Positions 1 through 9,382 of a stretch of DNA of 64,000 bases are shown one piece after another; the stretch's first letter is position 1, and the number at the start of each line of letters is the position of its first letter. The stretch is from Actinomycetota bacterium (GTDB lineage: Bacteria; Actinomycetota; Acidimicrobiia; Acidimicrobiales; SZUA-35), in assembly GCA_039201605.1 (NCBI GenBank), contig JBCCRO010000004.1:178621-242620 (forward strand). Direction: 5' to 3'. Below the pieces are notes generated by a model. The model had not been told where the DNA came from. It ran no database searches and worked only from the letters and a program-made list of their open reading frames with translations. Made by a program: the position numbers and the translations under genes.

Positions 1-4
1 CATC

Positions 5-1294
5 ATGGGTCATTGCTCCTCAGCGTTCGAGGCCGACGAAACCTGCGGTGTCCGGCCAGGGTACAGTTGCAAGTTGCGTATGGGAGAGAACATTCCCCCT
101 GGGTATCCCCCAGCTCACATGCGGGCCATGGCCCGGCTGAGCCAGCCCTTCCGGGGGGTGGCTCGTCGTCGTTATCCCACCGCCGACGAGCTCGTCGCCC
201 GGGCGGTCAAGAAGACGGGTCTGTCCGACTTCGGCCCCGGCGAGGTCACCGGTCCGCTGGAGGAGCTGCTCCGCCCGCTGCGCAACGACGCGACGGTCAC
301 CGCCCTCGGGTTGCAGGCGTGGCCCACGATGCTCAGCCGGTTGCTGACCTCCCGGCTGAAGATCGTCCAGCACCTCAAGGACCACCCCGAGATCCTGGAC
401 GAGAAGCTGGTCCGCCCCATCATCATCACCGGCATGCCCCGCACGGGGACCACCCTCCTCTACAACCTGCTCTCGACCATGCCCGGGGCCCGCCCCCTGA
501 TGGGCTGGGAGAGCATGTCGCCGCTACCCGGTCGTCCGGTGGCGGTGCGCAAGGCCCAGTACGCCGGTTGGGTCGGCTTCGTCAACCGCACGATCCCGCA
601 GCTCAAGACGATCCACACCCTCCAGCCGTTCGGACCCGACGAGGGCCTGGAGCTGATGGACCGGACGCTCCACTCGTTCAACTTCATGCTCTACGCCTAC
701 ACCTACACCGACTGGCTGTTGGAGCGGACCGATCGGGAGATGTTCGAGGCGTGGACCGTCTGGCTGCAGCAGCTGCAGATGCTCCAGCATCAGCGCCCCG
801 GCGGCTACTGGGTGCTCAAGGCGCCCACCTACATGGGCCTCTTCCCCACCGTGGACGCCCTGCTCCCCCACGCCCGCTACGTGATGACCCATCGCGATCT
901 GCACAATGCGATCCCCTCGGCCATGTCGCTGGTGACCGTCGTCGGGGCCGCCATGCGCACGCCGGGGGCGCAGGTGCCACTCCCCCGCTTCGTCGACCGG
1001 ATGGCCGACATGGCCAACCAGACCCGCAAGCAGATCGAGCTGCGTCCGAACGTCCAGGTGCTCTACCCCGAGCTGATCCAGGACCCGGCCTCCACCGTGC
1101 GGTCGATCCTCACCGAGTTCGGCGAGGAGGTGCCCGACGACCTCGACGACCGGGTCAGGCGCCACCTGTCGGAGCACCCGCAGCACAAGCACGGCAAGCA
1201 CGACTACCGGCTGGAGCGGTTCGGTCTGGTCACCACCGACCTCGAGCCCTTCGCCGCCGACTACGCCCGGGACCTCGGCCTCGACCGGTTCTGA
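5..1294 (+). CDS. sulfotransferase family protein
   Basis: 429-aa track ORF. PAPS-binding P-loop-like motif IIITGMPRTGTTLLYNLL and later VMTHRDLHNAIPS are typical of sulfotransferases. Strong G/C at codon position 3. The first ATG lies at the window edge; in-frame ATGs at 80 and 119 are alternative starts. Confidence 0.75.
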   Translation: MGHCSSAFEADETCGVRPGYSCKLRMGENIPPGYPPAHMRAMARLSQPFRGVARRRYPTADELVARAVKKTGLSDFGPGEVTGPLEELLRPLRNDATVTALGLQAWPTMLSRLLTSRLKIVQHLKDHPEILDEKLVRPIIITGMPRTGTTLLYNLLSTMPGARPLMGWESMSPLPGRPVAVRKAQYAGWVGFVNRTIPQLKTIHTLQPFGPDEGLELMDRTLHSFNFMLYAYTYTDWLLERTDREMFEAWTVWLQQLQMLQHQRPGGYWVLKAPTYMGLFPTVDALLPHARYVMTHRDLHNAIPSAMSLVTVVGAAMRTPGAQVPLPRFVDRMADMANQTRKQIELRPNVQVLYPELIQDPASTVRSILTEFGEEVPDDLDDRVRRHLSEHPQHKHGKHDYRLERFGLVTTDLEPFAADYARDLGLDRF

Positions 1295-1311
1295 GGGCGG
1301 TGCCTCCGCCC
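1295..1311 (+). terminator. small GC hairpin directly after the sulfotransferase stop (GGGCGG-tgcct-CCGCCC)
   Basis: 6-bp perfect stem with a 5-nt loop starting 1 nt after the TGA. No U-tract, which is common in high-GC actinobacteria. Confidence 0.25.
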
Positions 1312-1434
1312 GACGGCGCCGCGATCCGCCGGGGTGAGTCGGCCGGGTCGCTCCGATGACCAACCGGTCCGCACCCCGTACTACGATTCGCCAAACGGCG
1401 ACGGCGGCGTCGGTGAGGAGCAGAGGGCGGAAGC

Positions 1435-2301
1435 ATGGACCTGCAGTGGACGGTTGGCAACGTCTCCATCCGCTCGTTCGCCGAGTCCGAGACGCCCACC
1501 TCTCCCCGGTTCCTGTTCGACGGTGTGAGCAAGCGGGACGTGCTGGATCGGGCCGCCGCCGCTAGGTGGGTGCGGCCCCACTTCGTGTCGAAGGACGGCT
1601 ACCTGCTGCAGAAGATCCAGTGCCTGGTGGTCGAGGTCGATGATCTCGTCATCGCCGTCGACACCTGCGTCGGCAACGACAAGCAGCGGGCCAACGAACT
1701 GTGGCACCAGCTCGACGGGCCGTTCCTCGACGACTTGACCGCCGCCGGCTACGGGCCCGACCGCTTCACCCACGTGATCTGCACCCACCTCCACACCGAC
1801 CACGTCGGGTGGAACACCCGCCTCGTCGACGGCCGATGGGTGCCGACGTTCCCCAACGCCCGCTACCTGTTCGTGCGGCCCGAGTACGACCACTGGATCA
1901 CGGCCCCGGGCATCTTCGCCGACGAGGATCCGATGGCCGACTCGGTCACGCCGGTGGTCGAGGCCGGTTTCGTCGACTTCGTCGAGCTCGACCATCGCCT
2001 GTGCGACGAGGTCGCCCTTCGACCGACGGTCGGCCACACCCCGGGCCACGTCTCGGTGGCGATCAGCTCCGAGGGGCGGCGAGCCGTGATCACCGGCGAC
2101 ATGGTCCACCACCCGCTGCAGCTGGCCGATCCGGCCCTGTCGTCGATCTTCGACACCGACGCCGGGCAGGCCATCCGCACCCGCCGGGCCGAGTTCGCCC
2201 GTTGGGCCGCCGACGACACCCTGGTGATCGGCACCCACTTCGGCTGGCCGACCGCCGGCACCCTGGTGCCCGACGGCGACGGCTACCGACTCGTCCTCTG
2301 A
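1435..2301 (+). CDS. MBL-fold metallo-hydrolase
   Basis: 288-aa ORF with the HxHxDH metal motif (ICTHLHTDHVGW) and a downstream GHTPGH and ITGDMVHH. Confidence 0.85.
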   Translation: MDLQWTVGNVSIRSFAESETPTSPRFLFDGVSKRDVLDRAAAARWVRPHFVSKDGYLLQKIQCLVVEVDDLVIAVDTCVGNDKQRANELWHQLDGPFLDDLTAAGYGPDRFTHVICTHLHTDHVGWNTRLVDGRWVPTFPNARYLFVRPEYDHWITAPGIFADEDPMADSVTPVVEAGFVDFVELDHRLCDEVALRPTVGHTPGHVSVAISSEGRRAVITGDMVHHPLQLADPALSSIFDTDAGQAIRTRRAEFARWAADDTLVIGTHFGWPTAGTLVPDGDGYRLVL

Positions 2302-2348
2302 CGATCCGAGCTTGACCGAGCCCCGCCCTCCCGAGTGAGGTGTGGGCC

Positions 2349-3539
2349 ATGACACGCTACGACTCCGCTTCGTTCGACGTCGCCTCGGTCGACGGCGCCC
2401 TGCTCTCGACCCGTGCGGTCCGTCGCCGCCTCGACCTCGAACGGCCGGTCGATCAGGAGCTGCTGCTCGACTGCATCGACGTGGCCGAGCAGGCTCCGAC
2501 CGGCGGCAATCAGGGCAGCAGGCGGTGGATCATCGTGCGGGACCCGGCCCTCAAGGCCCGGTTGGCCGAGCTGTACCGGGAGGCGGCCGGCGACTGGATG
2601 ATCGAGACCCGGGATCGCCTGGCCGGCACCGGGCACCGCAACGAGGTGGTGATGAACTCCGCCGCCCATCTGGCCGAGCACCTGGCCGACGTCCCCGCCG
2701 TCGTCATCCCCACCATCATCGGTCGCTACGACGGCAGTGGGCAGCCCGGCCTGTTCGACTCGGTGATCCAGGCGGCGTGGAGCTTCTGCGTGGCGCTGCG
2801 GGCCCGAGGTCTGGGCACGACCTGGACCACGGCCGGTCTGTCCCGCCACACCGACATCGCCGAGCTGCTCGGCATCCCCGACACCATGACCCAGATCGCC
2901 ATGCTGCCGGTGGCCTGGACCAAGGGCACCGACTTCGCCGCCGCCCCCCGCTACCCGGCCCGGGAGATCACCTACGTCGACGGCTTCGCCCGCACCTACG
3001 AGCACGGTCCGAGCGATCCGATCCGCCTGGCCGACCAACCGGGCACCGTGGTCGAAGCCGACATCAAGGCTCCGCTGCGGCGGGTGTGGGAGTTGGTGAC
3101 CGACATCGGCGTCCCGGCCCGGTTCAGTGGGGAGTCCGTCGGAGCGGAGTGGACCGACGGACACACCGGACCGTCGCTGGGAGCCACGTTCTCGGGGAGC
3201 AACCGACACGACGCCATCGGCGAATGGTCGCTGACCTGCCACGTCGACGACTACGTCGAGGAGTCCCGCTTCGGCTGGTGCACCTCCGATCCCGTCGACG
3301 CCGGGGCCCACTGGCGCTTCGACCTGGAGGCGATCGCCGGCGCCGTCCGCCTCCGCCACCGCATGTACCTGGGCACGGGACCGTCGGGCCTGACCATGGC
3401 CATCGAGTCGATGCCCGACAAGGAACCCCGGATCCTGTCCCGCCGCATGGGCGAACACCACGCCAACATGACGGCCGTGGTCGAGGGCATCAAGCGGCTG
3501 GCGGAGAACCGCGATGACGACGAGGGCACCTCTCGCTAG
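2349..3539 (+). CDS. nitroreductase-family domain fused to a C-terminal SRPBCC (polyketide cyclase/START-like) domain
   Basis: Track ORF is 2340..3539 (GTG). ATG 2349 has GAGGTG about 8 nt upstream. The N-terminal ~225 aa look like a nitroreductase (LSTRAVRRRLDLERPV, APTGGNQGSRRWIIVRDP). The C-terminal ~150 aa start VEADIKAPLRRVWELVTDIG, typical of SRPBCC. Confidence 0.75.
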   Translation: MTRYDSASFDVASVDGALLSTRAVRRRLDLERPVDQELLLDCIDVAEQAPTGGNQGSRRWIIVRDPALKARLAELYREAAGDWMIETRDRLAGTGHRNEVVMNSAAHLAEHLADVPAVVIPTIIGRYDGSGQPGLFDSVIQAAWSFCVALRARGLGTTWTTAGLSRHTDIAELLGIPDTMTQIAMLPVAWTKGTDFAAAPRYPAREITYVDGFARTYEHGPSDPIRLADQPGTVVEADIKAPLRRVWELVTDIGVPARFSGESVGAEWTDGHTGPSLGATFSGSNRHDAIGEWSLTCHVDDYVEESRFGWCTSDPVDAGAHWRFDLEAIAGAVRLRHRMYLGTGPSGLTMAIESMPDKEPRILSRRMGEHHANMTAVVEGIKRLAENRDDDEGTSR

Positions 3540-3549
3540 GGTCGCCGCC

Positions 3550-4176
3550 ATGGGTCTCTTCCACGTCGCCACCATCACGCCGTCAAAGGCCGAACTCATC
3601 GCCGACTGGCTCCCAACCCGCGCCTGGGGGCCGGGCTCCGAGGCCGAGGTGGAGGTGGTCGGCGCCTTCCGCTTCGACGACCCCGAGCACCGGGTCGGGA
3701 TGGAGACCCATCTCGTCACCGCCGGCGGCACCCTCTACCAGGTGCCCCTGACCTATCGGGACGAGCCGCTGGCCGGGGCCGAGGAGGCCTTCATCACCGA
3801 GATGGAGCACTCCGCCCTCGGAACCCGTTGGGTGTACGACGGCCTGGGCGACGAGCGCTATCGGCTGATGCTGCTGGCCGTCACCCTGACCGGCCAGGGC
3901 GAGACGCTCGGGCTGGCGGCCCACGAAGGCCGGTGGTACACCCGTCCGGCCTCGGCCCGCATCTTCGGCGGCGGGTGGACGGGCGACGCCGTCGCCGTCG
4001 ACGGGCTCGATGTGATGGCCGACGAGGGCAGGACCGTCGACCTGGCCAGCGACGCCTTCCAGCTCCGGTTCCACCGCACCCCAACCCCGGGGACCAAGCC
4101 CGCCATCGCTCTGATGGCGACCTGTGAGGGCCACCGGGATCCGGTGGTGCTGGCCCAGGCATCGGCCACCGCCTGA
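3550..4176 (+). CDS. hypothetical protein, possibly maltokinase N-terminal-cap-like
   Basis: Track ORF is 3514..4176; ATG 3550 avoids overlap with the upstream gene. ELIADWLPTRAWGP and TLYQVPLTY resemble the N-terminal cap of actinobacterial maltokinase (Pep2). No kinase domain follows. This is recognition by eye only. Confidence 0.45.
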   Translation: MGLFHVATITPSKAELIADWLPTRAWGPGSEAEVEVVGAFRFDDPEHRVGMETHLVTAGGTLYQVPLTYRDEPLAGAEEAFITEMEHSALGTRWVYDGLGDERYRLMLLAVTLTGQGETLGLAAHEGRWYTRPASARIFGGGWTGDAVAVDGLDVMADEGRTVDLASDAFQLRFHRTPTPGTKPAIALMATCEGHRDPVVLAQASATA

Positions 4177-4214
4177 GGGCCTCGACGCCATCGACGGCGG
4201 GGACGCCGCGAGGT

Positions 4215-4862
4215 CTAGCTCGGCGCGGGCAGGCGGGCCGACACCGCGGCGCGGGCGTCTTCGAGGTGGCTGGTGAGGGCGGCCACCGCGGCCTCAGGAT
4301 CCCCGGCCTCCACCGCGTCCACGATCGATCGGTGGGCCCCCCTGGGACCCTGGATGTCGGCGTCGAGGGCCGGGAGCGTCGCCATCATCAGCAACGTCTG
4401 GTCGGCGAGCGCCTCCCAGGCTTCGAGCAGGCGACGGTGGTCGGCGGCGAGGATGAACGAGCGGTGAAGGGCCATGTCGGCGGCACCGATCGACGACGGA
4501 TCGTCATCGTCGATCGCCTTCTCCAGAGCGTCGAGGTGCGCCCGCAAGGGCGAGATGTCGACCTCGGTCGAAGCGGCGAGCCGGAGGGCGAGCGATTCGA
4601 GGGCCACCCGCAGGGAGTAGATCTCGGCCACGTCGTCGGCGGTCAGCGCTCGCACGAAACTGCCCTTGCGGGGACGGAGCTCCACCAGGCCGCTGCGTTC
4701 CAGCTCGGCCAGCGCATCGCGGATCGGCCCCCTGCTCACGTCGAATCGATCGGCCAGCTCGGTCTCGACCAGCCGCTCCCCCGGACCGATCTCGCCGCGC
4801 ACGATCGACTCCCGGAGGGCGGCGGTGACCGCCGAGCCGAGATCGGTGTGTCCGAGGTCCAT
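4215..4862 (-). CDS. GntR-family (FadR/FCD-type) transcriptional regulator
   Basis: 215 aa. N-terminal winged HTH ([55 protein letters not shown]) followed by an all-helical FCD-like C-terminal domain. Divergent from glcB. Confidence 0.9.
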   Translation of the reverse strand: MDLGHTDLGSAVTAALRESIVRGEIGPGERLVETELADRFDVSRGPIRDALAELERSGLVELRPRKGSFVRALTADDVAEIYSLRVALESLALRLAASTEVDISPLRAHLDALEKAIDDDDPSSIGAADMALHRSFILAADHRRLLEAWEALADQTLLMMATLPALDADIQGPRGAHRSIVDAVEAGDPEAAVAALTSHLEDARAAVSARLPAPS

Positions 4863-4877
4863 CGCCCGATGGTATCA

Positions 4878-4903
4878 GTTGTTGACTGTTAACAGTCAAC
4901 AAC
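4878..4903. promoter_or_regulatory. perfect 26-bp palindrome GTTGTTGACTGTTAACAGTCAACAAC, candidate GntR operator
   Basis: All 13 positions of each arm pair perfectly. It sits in the 85-bp gap between the divergent gntR and glcB. The central GT-N2-AC core fits the general GntR-family operator rule. Coordinates are anchored on the ORF track (+/-1 nt). Confidence 0.6.
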
Positions 4904-4947
4904 CTAGGGTGGCAAACGCCCTGGCCAACCCGACGCGGAGTTCTACC

Positions 4948-7122
4948 TTGCACCATCCCGGACGTACCACGGTCGCCGGCCTCTCGGTCGGCGACGAGCT
5001 CTACACCCTGCTGGTGGAGGAGGCCCTCCCCGGCACCGGGATCGCCCCCGCCGAGTTCTTCGACGGGCTCGCCGCCCTCCTGGCCGACTTCGGCCCCCGC
5101 AACGTCGAACTGCTCCGGATCAGAGCCGAGATGCAGGCCGCCATCGACGGCTGGCACCGTCAGCGGGCCGGGCAGCCCCACGACGCCGCCGCCTATCGGA
5201 GCTTTCTCGAGGAGTTGGGCTACCTGATCCCCGAAGGCCCCGACTTCGAAATCGACACGACCGACGTCGACCCGGAGATCCGGTCGACCCCGGGGCCCCA
5301 GCTCGTCGTGCCCGTCACGAACGCCCGCTACGCCCTCAACGCCGCCAACGCCCGATGGGGCTCGCTCTACGACGCCCTGTACGGCACCGACGCCATGGGC
5401 GACCTCCCCGAGCCCGGTCCCTACGACGCCGGGCGCGGCGCCCGGGTGATCGCGTGGGCCCGGGGGTTCCTCGACGACACCGCTCCCCTGGCCGACGGTT
5501 CCCACGCCGACGTCACCGCCTACGCCGTGGTCGACGGCGCCTTCACCGCCCACGTCGGCGACTGGGCGGTCGGCCTGACCGATCCGTCTCTGTTCGCCGG
5601 GTGGGCGGGCGACGCCGAGGCCCCCACCGCCCTGCTCCTGGAGCACCACGGCCTCGGGGTGGAGATCGTGATCGACCACAACCACCCGGTGGGCGCCGAC
5701 GACGCGGCCGGCGTGGCCGACGTGGTCATCGAGTCGGCCCTCACCGCCATCATCGACTGCGAGGACTCGGTCGCCGCCGTCGACAGCGAGGAGAAGGCCC
5801 TCGCCTACCGCAACTGGCTCGGCCTCATGAAGGGCGACCTGGCCGAGGAGGTCACCAAGGGTGACCGCACCTTCACCCGGGTCCTCGATCCCGACCGGTC
5901 CTACACCGGCCCCGACGGCGTGCCGATCTCGAAGCCGGGACGGGCGCTGCTGCTCACCCGCAACGTGGGTCATCTGATGACCACGCCCGCCGTGCTCGAC
6001 GCCGACGGGAACGAGGCGCCCGAGGGCCTGCTCGACGCCCTGATCACCGCGCTGTGCGCCAAACACGATCTGCTCAAGGTCGGCGGGGTCCGCAACTCCC
6101 GCGCCGGGTCGATCTACGTGGTGAAGCCGAAGATGCACGGCCCCGACGAGGTGGCCTTCGCCGACGCCGTCTTCACCCGGGTCGAAGCGTTGCTCGGCCT
6201 GGCTCCCAACACGGTGAAGCTCGGGATCATGGACGAGGAGCGCCGCACAACGGTCAACCTGGCCGAGTGCATCCGGGCCGCCCGATCCCGGGTCGTCTTC
6301 ATCAACACCGGCTTCCTCGACCGCACCGGCGACGAGATCCACACCTCGATGCAGGCCGGTCCGATGGTCCGCAAGGGCGAGATGAAGGCCGAGCCGTGGA
6401 TCGCGGCCTACGAGGACTGGAACGTCGACGTCGGCCTCCGCTGCGGCCTGCGGGGCCGGGCCCAGATCGGCAAGGGCATGTGGGCCGCCCCCGATCTGAT
6501 GGGCGACATGCTCGAACAGAAGATCGGTCACCCCCGGAGCGGAGCCAACTGCGCCTGGGTGCCGTCGCCGACGGCGGCCACCCTGCACGCCACCCACTAC
6601 CACCGGGTCGACGTCCTGGCCCGCCAGGGCGAGATCGCCGACGAGATCGGCGCCTCCGGTGGCCGAGCCTCCCTCGACGACATCCTCCGGATCCCGCTCG
6701 CCCCCTCCACCGACTGGTCGGCCGAGGACATCCAGGCCGAGCTCGACAACAACGCCCAGGGCATCCTCGGCTACGTCGTCCGATGGGTCGACCAGGGCAT
6801 CGGGTGCTCGAAGGTGCCCGACATCGACGACGTCGGCCTCATGGAGGACCGCGCCACCTGCCGCATCTCGTCACAGCACATGGCCAACTGGCTCCACCAC
6901 GGCGTCGTGTCCGACGACCAGGTCCGGGCGACCATGGAGAAGATGGCCGCTGTCGTCGATCGCCAGAACGCCGACGATCCCCAGTACGTCCCGATGGCCC
7001 CGGGCTTCGACGGCCCGGCCTTCCGGGCCGCTCTCGACCTGGTCCGCTCCGGCGTCGAGCAGCCGTCGGGCTACACCGAGCCGATCCTCCACGCCCGCCG
7101 CCTGGAGCTGAAGGCCACCTGA
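4948..7122 (+). CDS. glcB: malate synthase G
   Basis: N-terminus [30 protein letters not shown] aligns with the known MSG N-terminus (..LY.FV..EALPGT..). At 724 aa it matches MSG size. Start assigned to in-frame TTG 4948 with GGAG 7 nt upstream; GTG 4909 is the alternative. The track ORF extension back to 4666 overlaps gntR and is not coding. Confidence 0.9.
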   Translation: MHHPGRTTVAGLSVGDELYTLLVEEALPGTGIAPAEFFDGLAALLADFGPRNVELLRIRAEMQAAIDGWHRQRAGQPHDAAAYRSFLEELGYLIPEGPDFEIDTTDVDPEIRSTPGPQLVVPVTNARYALNAANARWGSLYDALYGTDAMGDLPEPGPYDAGRGARVIAWARGFLDDTAPLADGSHADVTAYAVVDGAFTAHVGDWAVGLTDPSLFAGWAGDAEAPTALLLEHHGLGVEIVIDHNHPVGADDAAGVADVVIESALTAIIDCEDSVAAVDSEEKALAYRNWLGLMKGDLAEEVTKGDRTFTRVLDPDRSYTGPDGVPISKPGRALLLTRNVGHLMTTPAVLDADGNEAPEGLLDALITALCAKHDLLKVGGVRNSRAGSIYVVKPKMHGPDEVAFADAVFTRVEALLGLAPNTVKLGIMDEERRTTVNLAECIRAARSRVVFINTGFLDRTGDEIHTSMQAGPMVRKGEMKAEPWIAAYEDWNVDVGLRCGLRGRAQIGKGMWAAPDLMGDMLEQKIGHPRSGANCAWVPSPTAATLHATHYHRVDVLARQGEIADEIGASGGRASLDDILRIPLAPSTDWSAEDIQAELDNNAQGILGYVVRWVDQGIGCSKVPDIDDVGLMEDRATCRISSQHMANWLHHGVVSDDQVRATMEKMAAVVDRQNADDPQYVPMAPGFDGPAFRAALDLVRSGVEQPSGYTEPILHARRLELKAT

Positions 7123-7205
7123 GAGCGGCGGGGCGGGCGCCGCCAGGCGTGCCGACCCGAGCAACCATCGCCACCCCGAAGACCCGAGACCGACCAGGAG
7201 TACCC

Positions 7206-7631
7206 ATGACCATCACGCTCGACCAGGCCCGGACGATCATCGCCGCCGCCCTCGCCCACGGCCACGACGCCGGCATGAATCCGTTGTGCGTCGCCGTGCT
7301 CGACGGCGGTGGACACCTGGTGGCCTTCGAGCGTGAGGACGGCGTGCCCAATCGCCGCTTCGACGTGGCCCACGGCAAGGCCTACGGCGCCATCTCGGTG
7401 GGGATGAGCAGCCGGAAGCTCGGCGACGCCGCCGTCGATCGGCCCCATTTCGTCGCCGGCCTGATCGGGGCCATGGACGGCAAGCTCGTCCCGGTTCCCG
7501 GTGGCGTACTCGTGACCGACGGCAGCGGCACCACGATCGGGGCCGTCGGCTGCTCGGGCGACACCTCCGACAACGACGAGGCGGCCGTGGTCGCCGGTAT
7601 CGAGGCCGCCGGGCTGCGGGCGGTCACCTGA
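7206..7631 (+). CDS. glcG: GlcG/HbpS-like heme-binding protein (DUF336)
   Basis: 141 aa starting MTITLDQARTIIAAALAHGHDAGMNPLCVAVLDGGGHLVAF, ending GAVGCSGDTSDNDEAAV. GGAG lies upstream of the ATG. It sits directly downstream of glcB, as in glc operons. Confidence 0.8.
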   Translation: MTITLDQARTIIAAALAHGHDAGMNPLCVAVLDGGGHLVAFEREDGVPNRRFDVAHGKAYGAISVGMSSRKLGDAAVDRPHFVAGLIGAMDGKLVPVPGGVLVTDGSGTTIGAVGCSGDTSDNDEAAVVAGIEAAGLRAVT

Positions 7632-7812
7632 GGGCCCACCCGGGGCTCGGCCGGTCGATCGGCGACGGGTAGGTGCCTCGAGGCAAATGGGTGTCGGCCC
7701 CGCGGGGCTGCTACAACACCTCCATGAAGACCCCGACCCCGGACGTCCACCTGGACGTCACGCGTCCCGTCGACGCCGTCTGCCGTCCGGCCCCGCTCCT
7801 GGGAGGTCGCCG

Positions 7813-8592
7813 ATGATCCCGGCGTTCGACGAACTCGAGCTGTGCTACCGGTCGATGGCCGCCCTGATCGCCGGTTTCGACGACGACCAGTGGAACACCC
7901 GGTCGCTCTGCCCGGAGTGGACGACGAAGGGCGTCGTGCAGCACCTCGGTGGTGTCGAGCATCTGCTCACCGGCTGGCGACCGGCCGAGGAGTACGAGAT
8001 GCCGCCGTTCCAGCTGATGGGCGAGTACGTCGAGGCCACGGCGTCGCTGTCGGGGGCCGAGCTGGCCGCCCGCCATGCCGACGTCGTCGACGCCCGGCGG
8101 GCCGACATCGCCACCCTCACCGAGGAGGTGCTCGACCACCCGATCACCTCGCCGATCGGCAAGGTACCCTACCGCCGGTTCATGCCGGTTCGGGTCTTCG
8201 ACTGGTGGGTCCACGAGCAGGACGTGCGTCGCCCCCTCGGTCTTCCCGGTCACGAATCGGGTCCGGCGGCCGAGACCGCCATCGACGAGATCCAGGCTTC
8301 GCTCGGCTACATCGTCGGCAAGAAGGTCGACCTCCCCGACGGGCGGGCCATCACGTTCGACCTCACCGGGCCCGTCCGGCGTCGGATGCACGTGCGGGTC
8401 GACGGACGGGCCGGCGCCGTCGACGAACTCGAGGAGCCCGACGTCGTGGTGTCGACCGACTCGACGACCTTCGCCCTCCTGGCCTGTGGCCGCATCGACC
8501 CCCAGGAGCCGATCGACGGCGGTGTCATCACGTGGTCGGGTGACGACGAATGGGGCGAGCAGGCCGCCCGCAACCTCCGCTTCACCATCTGA
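7813..8592 (+). CDS. mycothiol-dependent maleylpyruvate-isomerase-like (DinB/MDMPI_N) protein
   Basis: ATG 7813 is preceded by GGGAGG. The N-terminus CYRSMAALIAGFDDDQWNTRSLCPEWTTKGVVQHL is typical of the actinobacterial DinB-like MDMPI_N family, with an SCP2-like C-terminal half. Confidence 0.7.
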   Translation: MIPAFDELELCYRSMAALIAGFDDDQWNTRSLCPEWTTKGVVQHLGGVEHLLTGWRPAEEYEMPPFQLMGEYVEATASLSGAELAARHADVVDARRADIATLTEEVLDHPITSPIGKVPYRRFMPVRVFDWWVHEQDVRRPLGLPGHESGPAAETAIDEIQASLGYIVGKKVDLPDGRAITFDLTGPVRRRMHVRVDGRAGAVDELEEPDVVVSTDSTTFALLACGRIDPQEPIDGGVITWSGDDEWGEQAARNLRFTI

Positions 8593-8608
8593 CCGTCACG
8601 ACGGTGCC

Positions 8609-9373
8609 CTAGAAGGCCGAGGCGCCGCCGTCGACGGTGATGGCGGTGGCGTTGACGTGGCCCGCCCGATCCGAGGCGAGGAAGGCGACGAGGTCGGCCA
8701 CCTGCTCCGGCGAACCCGGTGGCGGGTCGGTGGGCACCAGGTCATCCCACCGGTCGGCGTTGCCGTAGCGCTCCTCGGCCGCCACCCGGAGCAGATCCTC
8801 GAGGCGGTCGGTCATGATCAGGCCGGGGTTGACCGCCACCACACGGACCCCGCTGCGGAAGGCCTGCTGTCCGATGGCCCGGGTGAAGCCGACGAGAGCC
8901 GCATTGCCGGCGGCGCCGGCCACGTAGTCGGGCTTGGGGCGAAGGGCGGCTGAGCCGACCACGTTGATCACCACGCCCGACCCCCGTGCCTCCATCTCGG
9001 GCAGGATGAGCCGGGTCAGGTTGATGTAGCCGAAGACCTTGAGATCCCACGCCTCCCGCCACGCCCGATCGTCGACGTCGGCCAGGTAGCCACCCGGCAC
9101 CGCTCCGGCGTTGTTGACCAGGATGTCGACGTCGCCGATCACGTCGACCAGGGCCTGCTGACGCTTGGCCACCGACAGGTCGGTGGCGTGGGTGGTCACG
9201 CCGACCCGGTGCTCGGCCCGGATGCTCTTCACCGCATCCTTGAGGCGTCGCACGTCGCGGGCGGCGAGGGCGAGATCGCACCCCTCGGCGGCCAGCGCCT
9301 TGGCGCAGGCCAGACCGATGCCGCGGGAGGCCCCGGTGATGAGCGCTCGCTTGCCGTTGAGGCCGAGATCCAT
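8609..9373 (-). CDS. SDR-family oxidoreductase
   Basis: 254 aa with the Rossmann motif KRALITGASRGIGLACAKALA and NNAG. Confidence 0.9.
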   Translation of the reverse strand: MDLGLNGKRALITGASRGIGLACAKALAAEGCDLALAARDVRRLKDAVKSIRAEHRVGVTTHATDLSVAKRQQALVDVIGDVDILVNNAGAVPGGYLADVDDRAWREAWDLKVFGYINLTRLILPEMEARGSGVVINVVGSAALRPKPDYVAGAAGNAALVGFTRAIGQQAFRSGVRVVAVNPGLIMTDRLEDLLRVAAEERYGNADRWDDLVPTDPPPGSPEQVADLVAFLASDRAGHVNATAITVDGGASAF

Positions 9374-9382
9374 GCCGAGACC

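Noticed and set aside
4861-4920. Apparent 1-nt offset between my reading of this printed sequence line and the ORF-track coordinates and translations
   Set aside because: Three track ORFs (4215-4862, 4266-4892, 4666-7122) are mutually consistent and match the sequence on both sides. I therefore treated this as a reading or formatting issue, not a frameshift or pseudogene, and anchored coordinates on the track (+/-1 nt).
4504-6603. A 699-aa ORF antisense to glcB. Similar long shadow ORFs occur at 8742-10658, 10702-13161, 16977-19685, 19632-20921, 31121-33178 and 53736-55706
   Set aside because: In each case the opposite strand encodes a protein with clear family motifs (malate synthase, MFS, MopB oxidoreductase, acyl-CoA ligase, IDH, alkylsulfatase). 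The shadow ORFs are Arg/Gly/Pro-rich low-information sequence.
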